A stretch of 63,189 nucleotides of DNA, filler included, from Reclinomonas americana ATCC 50394 (GCA_048213135.1; 13 parts of 13 records of this genome joined end to end with filler, not necessarily neighbours in it); one strand, 5' to 3'. Numbered from the whole stretch's first letter, positions 1 to 11,621 are shown. Notes: generated by a model from the sequence alone, not told the origin. Program-made: numbers and translations.

Positions 1-77
1 ACATTGTGTTGCGTAGTGATCATGTCTCCAACACGTGAGTGCGTTGCCGTGCTCACCACTCCTTCTCCCCCTTGCAG

Positions 78-650
78 TACCAACGGCTACGGCCTGCAGC
101 GTCTGTGCCTCAACGAGTGCATCAACATGAAGCCCACCATGTTTGGAGCGATTGCCAGGAACTGTCGCCAGCTGGTGTGGTTGGAGTTGAACAAGTGCCC
201 CGGGTACCAGGTGTCGGCGTTTGGTGAGTCGACATGGCGCTGTCCCATGAGTATGGTGAAAACTGTGCTCATCTGTTGCGCAGGCTCCGTGGTCGGAGCG
301 CTGTCGTCGCTGCGCCGCTGCGAGGTGTCGGACTGCGGCCTCACCACCGAAGACGTGGTGTACCTGGAGCGCAAGAACCCCAGCTGCGACATTGTTCGCT
401 TCCTGTTGCGTACTATTGCCTTTGTGTCTTGTTTTGCGCGCCTGTGCATTGCTGACACGAGAGACAGCAATCGGCAACCGGTGTTGAAGATTGTGGTGCG
501 CGAGAAGGGCAGCGGGGCGAAAAAGGGCAAGAAGGGCAAGAAGGGCAAGGGCAAGAAGGGAAAGAAGGGTGCGTTTGATGGAGGATCGAAATCAGTGTGA
601 GCTGGTTGCTGACTTTTTGCACAGGCAAGGGCAAGAAGAAGAAGAAGTAA
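78..650 (+). CDS. Leucine-rich-repeat (F-box/LRR, AMN1-like) protein, 3' exons only, with Lys/Gly-rich tail
   Basis: LRR-like pattern LQRLCLNECINM..FGAIARNCRQLVWLELNKC..LSSLRRCEVSDCGLT. Three GT-AG introns keep the frame to GKGKKKKK-TAA at 650. Confidence 0.7.
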
Positions 651-1052
651 CGAGGCGGCATGCTATGTGGTGTCTATTGTTTTTTTGCATGGCGCATTTG
701 GTGGTCTTGTACACGCGTGTAGAGAGTGAATGCCGTAAAAGGAGTGTTTTGTTTATCCATTGTGTTTTTCTCAAGTATTCCATGATGCTTGCGCGTCAGC
801 CGCTGACCCAGAATCGTCCTCGGTGGTCGTCGCTGCGAGGAGGGGGAGAAAGGGGGAAAGGGGTAAGGAGGGAAAGGGGGAAGCGAAGGATGAGAAGAGT
901 AATCAATCGACTGAACTGTGCTCATCATGACTCTGTGTGCACATCGATGAAATAAGTTGTCTCTCCGCCGTGTAGCTCTCTGACTGTCGCAGCTCCGCTA
1001 AGCTAGCGCGTCATGAAAACAGGTCCAGATGTGCAAAGTTCTCTCTTCGTCT

Positions 1053-1337
1053 TGCAGTAACTCTGACTGTCGCACTCTGCTTGTGTATGAACGTGCGTGC
1101 GCCTTGATTGCCAGTCGCGCTGACTGGCTCTGGTTCTTACTACGTCGAGTAATGTGTACTGTTTCCAGCTGCGCTCAGTTCTTTCTCGCGCGCGCGCTCA
1201 ACCTCGCAGCAACTCTGACTGTCGCACTCTGCCTCTGTGAACACGTGTGTGCGCCTTGATTGCCAGTTGCTCTGACTTGCTCTGCTGATTCCAGCATTGC
1301 TTAGTTTTTCTCTCCGCCTTGCAGTAACTCTGACTCA
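1053..1337. repeat. Imperfect direct repeats (~150-bp period) just downstream of the CSTF1 stop
   Basis: gcag(t/c)aactctgactgtcgcactctgc...gcgccttgattgccagt at ~1054 and ~1206, with partial copies at ~975 and ~1321. Confidence 0.75.
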
Positions 1338-4300
1338 TTCCTCAGAAAACGACGCGCTCGTTGCCACTGATCCCAAATTGCCTCTCTTTCTTCCACAAGC
1401 TGCGACACGAGTGTTGACATCCACTTGGAAGTGCCGCAGTGCTCGATCTAAAGCAACAACTTCACTACTCTCTCCAATTTCTACGAGAACTGCACTGTCG
1501 CGAGCCCACTCCATGCACGCTGAAGAACACTGTGCGCCTCTCATCTCTTGAAATTCTCTTACTCTACACAAAACGCAAAACGATTCCTTCTCTTCCCTCT
1601 TTCTCGTTCCCTTTCTTGTGCACGTGACACACCTTCCAGTCATTACACAGCCATCGACAGGCGATGTGGAGATTGTCTGGATGGCCTGACTGTGACCTGC
1701 TCATTACAAACACGCCCCGTGAGTGATCAACCTGCGTGAAACACTTCCAACACCAACGCACCATCATGCCGACCCAGCATCTTGCCAGTGCCAATGTCCT
1801 GCGTATCAGATGCGTGAGACAATCGCGCTGGTAATGCAAGTGGCCGAGTGCTTCATACGCACCCAAACCAGCAGCGTGTGAGCAATGTCGTCGGTGGACA
1901 GCACCATCGTTTCGACAGCGTTGAGGGAGACGGGAGTTCGTTTCCGGTGCTGCAGCGCGCGAGATGTCAGGACTCGGAGATTGAGATGACGAATATCGAA
2001 CAGCTGCTCACCCCGGCAGAGATGCCGGCAAACGCGCGAACTTCTTGACCTGTGATCAAGAGGGATCGCATGAGGGACAGGGAAAGAGAGAGCAAGAGAG
2101 AGCGAGTGTTGATAAACAGCGCATTCGTGCACAAAATCACAAAGGATTACGAAATAGTGAAGGAGAGAGAGAGAGAGAGGAGAGAGAGAGCACTTAGATT
2201 ACCAGACGAGTCCACTGCAAGAACACGCTCACACATGAAGATTTCAACACATTTAACAACACAAAAGTTATAATCTCAGCCAAGGAGATAGAGAGGAGAC
2301 ACAGAATCGTTGCATGATGTACGGGAAAAGCGATAAAGTTCGCTGCAAGTCGGTAGACGCGCTCAGCAGTAAGCAGCAGAGCGACGAGAATATAGTAGCA
2401 ACCAAGGAGGGAAGAACGCAGCAGAGTATGACGACGGCGTTGGAGCACGCACGGCTTGCGTCACAAGACACGCGATCAAAAGGAAGATACACACCGTGCA
2501 GATCGCACGAGATCTTAGAAAAGAAACGACAAGAAGAGACATGACCCATTCAAGCACACGTCTTCTCCCAACACACCTGTCCTCACATCCCAGCACCGCA
2601 ACGACGAGTCGGCCCCAGTGGAAAACACATGCGAGCCGTTGTCGGAGATGGCCACCGAGCTGACCAGCTTACTGCGATGACCGTTGGGGATTGTGCGAAC
2701 ACGACGCAGTGTTCGTCCGTCCAGCACTTCGATTGTCGAGCCCGATGTGCAAACCACATGCGAACCGTCACCCGATACCTGTGATGGTGACATGTGAGCA
2801 AACGGCGAGAAGAAATGGTACACAAGTGGAAGCTGGAGACAGAAATGCAAGGCGAATCCAGCACCGACTATCTCACTCGTAAGTAAGCCTGCTGACTGTC
2901 TGCCTTCGTGCTTGACCGCGTCGCGAGCACCCAAAGCGCAAGCTCAACTTCGACGTGTCCCTCACTCGGCCTGATTCTTTGTCTGTCTCTCGCTTCCTTT
3001 TTCCCTACTCAGCTCACCCTCACTGCTCCACATGGAACCCTCTCCGGGAATGTGGACACCGCGTGATAAATCCCCGGTCCATCCACCTCGTCGATCTTGA
3101 TCACGGCCAGTGCCGCCGCCGTGCGTTCCGGCTCATTGGTCACGCAAAACACGCACGTGCCGGAGGGATGAATCTGCGAGCCGGAGATGGGGTCGCCAAA
3201 GAAAGCGGCCACCGAGTGTGAGGCGCGCTTTTGCTGCTGCATGGCTGAGTAGCCTGTGCATTGATGAGAGAAGCAAGAGTGTGAGAGGAGAAGAGCAAAC
3301 GAAGGAAGCACGCAGGAAACACGGCACACAAGACAGCGCGAGGGAGAGAGACAGGCGTTGTAATGGGGCACGAGCGAAAGAAAAAAGAAGAACGCAGGAA
3401 ACACGGTGAGAGAGATATACAAAGGGCGGGTTCGGGAAACAGAGCGAGAGGTCGTTGTAACGGGGCATTAGAAAGCAGAACGCAGGAAATACGGAGAGAG
3501 ATACACACACTGAGGAGTCGTTGTGAAAGACATGAGTGAATCGTGCCACGCAACCCATTTGCTGCACGAGGGAGCTGCTGACGCCGTGCGAAAAGTCCCA
3601 TATTTTGAGCTGCCCGTCGAGCGACGAGGAAACAACGAGCGGCGCCACTCGCGAGAACGACACATCGGTGACCGTCTGTGAATCTCCCCCATGAGCAATC
3701 TACGACGTACGGAATGCGGCCTTTGTAAAACAACACCTTGGTGTGATCGTACAGAGTGCGGATCACCGGCCGCGCCATGACCGGATCGTCCAGCTCGACC
3801 TTGTTCAAGTCGTGCGCGCGCATCTTCTCCACGTCGAGGATCTTGAGTGAGGCGTCCTCCGATCCAGTGCACACGAGGCTCCCTGTGGGAGAGAGAGAGG
3901 GTGTAAGCATGGACCCCATATCCCTTCCCCGTTTCCTCTGCCAAGAACCAACCATCGGCACTGAATGCCGACGCCGTGCACGGCTCCTTGTGCGTCGTGA
4001 TGAATCGCGTCTCCAAGTGATACTCGGCCTCTCGCGCTGCACTCGCCCCACTGGCCTCGCCCGCCAACAGGACTCCCTCCACGCCGCCGAAACGCATCGC
4101 CGGTACGTCGTCTGCGAGCGTGGGCGGGAGGAGACTGGAGCCGCAGCCAAAGAGCTGCAGGCGGTCGCTGGCGATTGATCGGAGGGTGGAGCCGAAGCGC
4201 CGGGAGGAGAGTGGCGGTGGTGCGGCGGCGGAGGAGGCGGTGGAGGAAAAGGAGGACGAGGAGGAGGGCATGCCAAAATCGGGGTCTGGTGGGGAGGAAG

Positions 4301-4681
4301 GAGGGGGAAGGGGATGAGGAAGAGAGAGTGAGAGAGACAGAGAGAGAATAAGAGAGGAGCAGACAGTGAATGATTGAAAGGGAGGAGGAACAGGAGGGGC
4401 GAGAAGAGGATGGGAGACGGTGAGGAAGAGTGACACGTGCGGGGTATTAAGCGACACGAGAATGGGAGAGAATGCCGGAGGCAGTGGAAGAGATTGAGAT
4501 AAGAGTGCGTGCACAAATGTGGGAAAGACGAGCAACGAGTGAAAGAGACCGCCACAGCACAGAGAGCGAGGAAGACAACGAGAGTCGATGGGACTGATAG
4601 AAGAAAGGATGAGGAGGAGTAGGAGGAGGAGGAGGAGGAGGAGGAGGGAATGTTGGGACATGGAAAGCGATGTTCAACAAC

Positions 4682-4714
<33 letters not shown>

Positions 4715-5044
4715 ATGAATGCCTCTGCGCCTTGTTAACCCCCACGCAACGTAGTCTGGCCTCCTGCAACACCACTCGCGCCGACTCTGACAACCCGTCA
4801 CTGTCAAGTTGACTGGAGAAAACAACAGGGAGGGTGAGAGAGAGAGAGAGAGAGAGAATGCACCACTCTCACTCAATGCCTCTCAGAGATAAGGACGACT
4901 AAGGTGTCGCCTAACACGACTACAGAGAGACAGAGAGAGGCAGAGGGAGAGAAAGAAAGAGTGAGAGAGAATGCACCTGCATGATGAGAAGGCAGCTCTC
5001 TTTCTCACACAGATAAGGACGACTTAGGTGTCGCGTAACATGAC

Positions 5045-5097
<53 letters not shown>

Positions 5098-5226
5098 TGC
5101 ATGACTTGCATGATGAGAATGCACCTCTCTTGTCTCTCTCACACACATACACTCTCTGTCTCTCTCTCTCTCTCTTGCACACAACTCTGCAATCAGCGAC
5201 AACAGTGTGGCCTTTGAAGCATCCAT
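1335..5226 (-). CDS. CSTF1: Cleavage stimulation factor 50 kDa subunit (WD40), multi-exon; 3'-most junction not fully resolved
   Basis: Spliced N-terminus MDASKATLLSLIADQLDSDGLSESARVV resembles the CstF-50 dimerisation helix. Also FITTHKEPCTASAFSADG, TGSEDASLKILDVEKM, PVIRTLYDH, GHRSKLVSSVAISDNGSHVFSTGADSSLRCWD and GHSQAIRTISTSP WD repeats. Confidence 0.9.
3290..3510. repeat. Intronic degenerate tandem repeat in CSTF1 (~80-90-bp unit, 3 copies)
   Basis: acgcaggaaa(c/t)acgg recurs at ~3310, ~3392 and ~3480; gttgtaa(t/c)ggggca recurs twice. Confidence 0.6.
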
Positions 5227-5292
5227 CTCAACAATCAATTTTCAATCAAACTCTTCTTTGTCCTCTCTCCTTCACATGTCCTCCTCCGTCTT

Positions 5293-6441
5293 TCACGAAT
5301 CATCCTCCTCCTCCTCATCGTCCTCCTCAGGCGGACGGGCATCGACACTGCTTTGCACGCGCGCCTTGAGCTCCTCCAGTCGTCTTTGCAGGCCGCTGAA
5401 GTTGAAGCTGCCACTGAGCTCGCCAAAGGGGTCCTGTGGTGAGAGATGGAGAATGAGGGCGAGGTGTTTTGGCCAACAAGGTTGCTGCCTCTCCTCCTCC
5501 TATCCCCTTTCCCTCACCCATTTCCCCATCTTTCCCTCCTTGTGCACGCAACTCGGAACGACTCCCCATCCTTGGACTTCAGGCGCTCGCAGATACCCAT
5601 GTACCGGTCGAAATGCTCCAGGAAGTTGTCTTCCAGCACCTCGGCGAACTCCGGGTAGCTGCCGCCCACCGCCGACTCCACCATGCCGCACACGGCCACA
5701 CGAATCGTCTCGTGGGCGATGCAGTCGCTGTAGCGGCGAGCCTCGCCCGGAGATGATTCCTGGAGGAGAGGGCGAATCAGAAACAAGAGATTTTCCTCTC
5801 TCTCTCTTTCTCTCTGTCTCTCGGTCTCTCTCTCTCTCTGCTTCTTTCTCTCTCTGCCTCTTCTCTCTCTCTCTCTCTCTGTCTCTTTGTCTCTCTCTCT
5901 CTCTGCCTCATTCTCTCTCTGCCCCTTTCTCTCTGCCTCTTTCTCTCTCTCCCTCTCTCTCTTCTCTTCTCTCTCGTGCTCACCATCTCGTACCCGGGCT
6001 CGTTGTGGTACGGCGTCGGGTTCATAATCATGCTCTGGATCGCGTGCAACACACTGGCCGTCGAGTGGATGGGCGACCACTGTGGGCCCTCCCATGTGCC
6101 GAGCAGACTCAGGCACACTGCGTGGGTGGAGAGAAGTGAGACGACAAGAGGAGGAGGGGGAAGAGAGGGAGAGGGGGGAAGAGCTGACCCTTGCCGCAAG
6201 AGTCTGTGAGGGTGGAGATGGAAGATGTGAGTGAAGGTGGTGATGATGGGAGACGAGGGAAATGGGGATATGACGCAACACAAGTTCGGGTTGAAGCGCA
6301 CGGCGCCGCCGTCGGTGGTCAGCCTGGGGAGGGCGAAAGAGGAGGGTGAGTGAGGAGGGGGGATGCGAGACGGAGCAAGCGGGAGGCGCAACAGCTGCAC
6401 AGCCGGTGGCTTGAACGGGTAGTTGGACGGGTATGTGAAGT
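5293..6441 (-). CDS. UBE2Z: Ubiquitin-conjugating enzyme E2, UBE2Z/BIRC6-type; 5' part missing beyond the repeat intron and gap
   Basis: Spliced [67 protein letters not shown], then [17 protein letters not shown] and [12 protein letters not shown], matching the UBE2Z C-terminal extension. TGA at 5293. Confidence 0.85.
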
Positions 6442-6499
6442 CTGCGCGCGAAAAGAGAGGAGATGTAAGAAAGTCGTATAAAGCACAAGTGAAAACTCT

Positions 6500-6992
6500 G
6501 CAGGAGGCACTCAGCAGGAGACACACAGCAGGAGACAGCAGGAGACGGCACTCAGCAGGAGACACTCAGCAGGAGACACTCAGCAGGAGACACTCAGCAG
6601 GAGACACTCAGCACGAGGCACTCAGCAAGAGACACTCAGCAAGAGACACACAGCAGGAGACACACAGTACGAGACACTCAGCAGGAGACACTCAGCAGGA
6701 GACACACAGTACGAGACACACAGTACGAGACACTCAGCAGGAGACACTCAGCTGGGGGCACGCAGCAGGAGACACAGCAAGAGACACTCAGCACGAGACA
6801 CGAGACACTCAGCAGGAGACACTCAGTGAGCAGGAGACACTCAGCAGGAGTCACGAAGCAGGAGACACTCAGCAAGAGACACTCCGCAACTCAGCAGGAG
6901 ACACACAACACAAGGCACGCAGCAGGAGGCACTCAGCACGAGACACGCGACACTCAGCAGGAGACACTCAGCACGAGATACTCAACAGGAGA
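6500..6992. repeat. Intronic minisatellite, ~14-bp unit (cactcagcaggaga) with variants
   Basis: Dozens of copies of cactcagcaggaga / cacacagtacgaga are directly visible. Confidence 0.95.
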
Positions 6993-7094
6993 CTGCATGA
7001 AAGCAATCTCTTCACACACACTCTTTCCCCCCCCCCTGTCCTTCTCCTTTCCTTCTCCTTCTCCTCCCCTTCCCTTCCCTTTTCCTTTGCCCCC

Positions 7095-7194
7095 NNNNNN
7101 NNNNNNNNNNNNNNNNNNNNNNNNNNNNNNNNNNNNNNTTAATTAATTAANNNNNNNNNNNNNNNNNNNNNNNNNNNNNNNNNNNNNNNNNNNN
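7095..7194. other. Artificial contig linker (N44-TTAATTAATTAA-N44); 11 more start at 13525, 16354, 21069, 26941, 31466, 39766, 44195, 47001, 48561, 52610 and 55264
   Basis: Identical 100-nt spacer with stops in all frames; not biological. Confidence 0.98.
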
Positions 7195-7856
7195 TTCCTT
7201 CCCTCCGCCCTCCTCTTCCTCCTTCCCTCCCTCCCTCCGCTCTCTCTCTCTCTCTCCTCCTCTCTCTCTCTCTCCCCCTTCCTCTTTGTGTGTGTTGTTA
7301 GAGACATGTCGACTTGTGTTTCGACACCTCCCACGCCTTTTTTCCGACTTTTTCAGTCTCATGTCACGTACATAAGAGAGAGATAGTATACATACCGCGT
7401 TATACAGAGAAACAGAGAAAGAGAGCGCGCAAGAGAGAGAGACAAGAAAGCATTTGCAGTGCATATGGTTATTTATAGCACATACCATTTCTGGGTCTTT
7501 TCTTGTTGCTAATCAGAGACAAGTGTGTGGTAAAAGACGGGCGGTGTTTTGCTGTTGATTGTTGTGCAGTTGCAGATCGCGGAAAACGCTGCTTGACTTG
7601 AGTGGCGCGCGCGCGTCTCGCCAAGTAAAATTGCAAGTGGAAAATTCATCGTATCAAATCCGGCGGGACCCACCAGACAATTCCTGTCGGCGTTGGCTTA
7701 CTTTCTTGTCGGATTTGGGATTTGCTTCCTTTTTGTCCGCGTCAACACGCTTTGGTTGTGTGCTCGCAGGTGCGTGCTTCGTATTGCGCGCATTGTTCAC
7801 TTCCTCTGCTCACGCGTCTTGTGTGTACGTGTGCAGGCACGCATGTGCATGCAGCA

Positions 7857-9391
7857 ATGAGGTACGCGCGTGCTGCGACTGATGTTTTGTTTCTCGTCTT
7901 TGGTTGTACCTCCTTCGCTTATGTATGACATGCGTTTTGTGTGTACTTTGCGTGTGTGTGTGTGTGTGCGAGTGTGTTTGATAGTTCTGGGCAAAGGAAG
8001 GCTTGCGACATGGCGAGAAACGGAAAGGTTGAGAAGCTCCGGGAGTTGGTGTTGCGTGAGGGTCCTGGCATTCTACTCAGTCGGGACCACATGGATTCGC
8101 TCGGCGGCTCGGCATTCTTGGTCGCTGCATGCGCGGGCCGTGTAGCAGTGCTGCAGTACTTGATGGACGAGAGTGGCGTTGGCTCGGAACTTGTCGAGCG
8201 AGTCGACGACCGCGGTCGGACGCCGCTGATGGGCGCTGCTGATGCTGACAAGGAGCAAGTGGTGACGTGGCTGCTTGCAGACGAGCGACGATGCCCGCGG
8301 CATGTGGTATTGGCAGTCTCCGGTGACCGCGACACGGAGACATATCCCAAGTCGACGGCGTTACACTATGCTGCCGTGAAAGGCCACCTCAAGATAGTGG
8401 AACTGCTCGTCACCAAGTTTTTCGAACTCGTCTCCATGGTCGACAAGAGCGGCAAGACAGCGGCGGAGGTGGCACGCGATCGCAACAAGCAGGATGTTGC
8501 TCGGTACCTGTCGCAAGCACGTGCGCCGAGGCCTGTGGTGCCACCAGGTGAGTTTCCTCTGTCGTGTGCGCATCACGGAACGTACTTGCTCATGCGAGTT
8601 CCGTGGATGAACTATCATTGTGGTGCGCACAGCTGTGAGGTATGACGATCGGTGTGTTGCAGTTGAAGAGGGAGCGCTCCGTGACCTCAATTGATTTGTG
8701 TGTTGCACAACATGCAGCGCGTCTCCTCCTTCCCCTTCCCCTCCTCCTCCCCCTCCCCTCCTCTCCCTCCTCAGCAAGAGAGGAAGAAAGCGTGGTTGAT
8801 GGCCGAGGAGGGCGACATTGAGGCACTGCGCAAGTTGAATGCGGATGAGAGCCAGGACAACCTGTTGCGCATACTACTGGAAGAGAAAGACGGTTTCGGT
8901 GGCAATGCATTCTACGTTGCTGCTGCCCACGGTCAGCTGCCTGTGTTGGAATTGCTGTGGGTCAGAAGCGGATGTGGTCCGCAGCTCGCCTCAGCAGTCA
9001 CCAACTATGGGTGGACGCCACTAATGGTCGCTGCCAAAAACGGGCATTTGCGAGTGGTCAACTGGCTTCTCGCAGATCCGCGACGATGTCCTGCGAACAG
9101 CGTTCTGGCCGTCGTATATGACAGCGACAAGGAGTTTGCGAAGTCTTCAGCTTTGCATATCGCTGCCATGAGCGCATTACTTATCGACGACGCGGGTCGG
9201 GTGGAAGAAGAAGACTCTACACGAATTGTGGATCGTCTCCTCCGAGCGAGTAGCGGCTTGGACCTGATTCGCTTGGTCAACGGAAAAGGAAAGACAGCAG
9301 CGGCATGGGCGCGCGACCACGGCAAGAAAAGTGTGGCGGAGTTTCTGGACCGGACGCTGCTGCGCATGCAACGCGAAGAAGAACAACTACA

Positions 9392-9422
<31 letters not shown>

Positions 9423-9509
9423 CAACAACAACGGCTGCAACAACAGCGACAGCAGCAGCAGCAACAACAACAACAACAGCTACAACTTCAGCAGCAGCAG
9501 CAACAACAA

Positions 9510-9544
<35 letters not shown>

Positions 9545-11621
9545 GCAGCAGCAACAACAACAACAACAACAGCCAGTGCTGCGAAGTCCTCCACCTTCTC
9601 CGTCATCTCCACCAAGTGCGTCGCCCTTGTTCCCGCACTCTGTGTGGCAATTGTGCTCATCACCTTCTTGTACAAGTAGTGGCTTCGAATTCTGTGGTAC
9701 CGGTGGTACCAGCTGCCGCATCTCCCCCTCGCCAGGAGGTGATCACAATGCTTCGATCCATTTCAGTGTCCTCCGCCACAAGTACTCACCCATCGCGCTG
9801 CTAACAGTCCGTGGTTGACGCACGTGCGCTGGCCGACAAGGACGCACTCGTCGCTCAGCTTCAGCGCGATCTTGCGGCAGCGCATCAGGAGCGAGAGGAG
9901 CAGCAACGAGAGTGGGAACGCCAGCGACGAGACCATGAGGACATTGTCGACGAGACGCTCGGTCGCCTTGCGACTGTGGAGGCTGCCCATGTCGAGGCGC
10001 ACCAGCAACTGGCAGGACTAGAACGGGTTGTCGCCGAATGGCAACGAGCGCATAATGCGGAACAACAGAGATGTTGTCAACTTCAGCGTGCGCTAGATGA
10101 GGCCCACGCTAGCGCTGATCGTTCGCGTGATGCTCAGTCAAGACTTGCCGCTGAACGGCAGCGATCGGAGGAACTCGCCACTGAAGTCGAGCGCTTGCGA
10201 GTTGCCTTGCATGGTGAGGTCGTGCAGCTGGTGCTCGTTCAAATTCCAGATCTTCCTTACAGTATCATTGTGAGCAGCTAGAGAGCACTTTGCGGTAGAT
10301 AATGGACTCCGCATGTACGAGTGGGCCGATATCGTGGAGGCCACCGACTCATTTTCACCAGGCCAGAAGGTTGGCGAAGGTGGTCAGGGACAAGTGTACG
10401 TCGGCTATCTCGTGGATTTTGAAGTTGCGATAAAGGTGCTCGACCGTGACGCACCGTGGACGAAAGAATCGTTTGATGCTGAGGTGAGTTGGTTGGTCGT
10501 GAAGATGATGGTGATGGTGAGGAAGAATATATAATATCACCCAAGAGTTACGGATCCTGCATATGCATACGCAGTTGAGAACTGTTGGGAGTGTGAGGCA
10601 CCGCCGACTGATACCACTACTCGGCTATGCCGAGGGAACTGATAAAGAGCGATGCCTAGTTTATCAGGCCATGAGGTATGTGTGAAAGACGTGACCCGAA
10701 GACAAGAAGCCATGAATGCTCGTGTAATTCTACATGCTCCGATGCGCAGTGGGCAGGATCTGGATGTTCGACTGCTGAATCGTAAGCCCGGTTTGATGCC
10801 ACTGACTGTGACAGAGCGCGTGCAAATTGGGCTCGGCATTGCCGAAGGGCTGGCATTCTTGCATGAGGTGTGTACCTTCACTTGTAAGTCGCATTGCACT
10901 GTAGTCAGTGTGCACTTCCTGGTTTCTATGCTGCTCTGTGCACCTTGTGCAAAAATGCTCACCGACGATTGTTTTGTCACCGAGTGCAGCGGAACATTAT
11001 TCACTGCGACCTGAAGCCCGCCAACATTCTTCTCGGCTTTCGATGTGAGCCACGGATCGCTGACTTTGGCATCGCGCGCATATTGGGTCCCGAAGTGGTG
11101 CGTGCGTGCTCTAATTTTATCCCCGCTGCAAGCTTTGCCCTCACAGAAATCTTGATGGGGCAACAGACCCATGATCGAACCCTGAAGCGTGTAGGCAGCA
11201 AGGATTACGTTGATCCTCGGTACCTCCAGACCTGCAAAATACGCAAGTCGATGGACCTGTACGCTTTCGGAGTCATACTGCTGCAACTTCTTACAGGCTT
11301 GGAATCATCCGTGGTGGTGCGCTGGGCTGCCAAGCATGAAGACGATGTCCACAAAATCGATGCGTCGTCGATGGCCGACATATCTAGTGGTCAGTGGCGA
11401 CCAGATGTGGCACGTGGAATGCTGCAGCTGGGAGTGCGGTTGCGTTCGATTTGATCATGGATGAAGATGTCGAGAGTTTCGCGCTGATCCTGACGACAAG
11501 AAACCGCACTCAACGCAGATGCATGACGCTGTACGAAACGAATCGACCGACCGCGAGCGATGCATGGGACGAAATGAAGCGACTGCGTGAGGCACTTCGC
11601 GACTATTTGCACGAGCTGTAA
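7857..11621 (+). CDS. Ankyrin-repeat / polyQ / coiled-coil / IRAK-Pelle (RLK-Pelle) non-RD Ser/Thr kinase
   Basis: Ankyrin motifs GRTPLMGAA, TALHYAAVKGHLKIVELL and GWTPLMVAAKNGHLRVV. Kinase: YEWADIVEATDSFS..VGEGGQGQVY..VAIK..VRHRRLIPLLGY..LVYQAM..GLAFLH..HCDLKPANILL..IADFGIAR..YVDPRY..DLYAFGVILLQLLTG..CMTLYETNRP. TAA at 11621. Exons between the polyQ and the coiled coil are approximate. Confidence 0.85.
9384..9572 (+). repeat. Coding CAG/CAA polyglutamine tract (roughly 55-60 Gln)
   Basis: Mixed CAG/CAA run in frame with the second ankyrin block. Confidence 0.9.

Noticed and set aside
3140..4876. 578-aa ORF and similar long Ser/Leu/Pro/Phe-rich ORFs (48605-49993, 51522-52607, 12291-12986)
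   Set aside because: These are stop-poor CT-rich intronic sequences read through; only the embedded exons are real.
4880..5045. Alternative CSTF1 first exon (VVLGDTLVVLISE) in two copies
   Set aside because: One copy has a stop and the other has no ATG. The exon at 5226 fits CstF-50 better, so this is treated as an intronic duplication.
6423..7094. Repeat-protein ORF ([14 protein letters not shown])n
   Set aside because: It is a translation of the 14-bp minisatellite, antisense to the UBE2Z intron.
7139..7150. TTAATTAATTAA as a biological motif or piggyBac target site
   Set aside because: It is always centred in identical N runs, so it is an assembly linker.
7470..7515. Possible upstream UBE2Z exon (QEKDPEM|gtatgt)
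   Set aside because: It is too short, has no recognisable E2 similarity, and lies across a linker.
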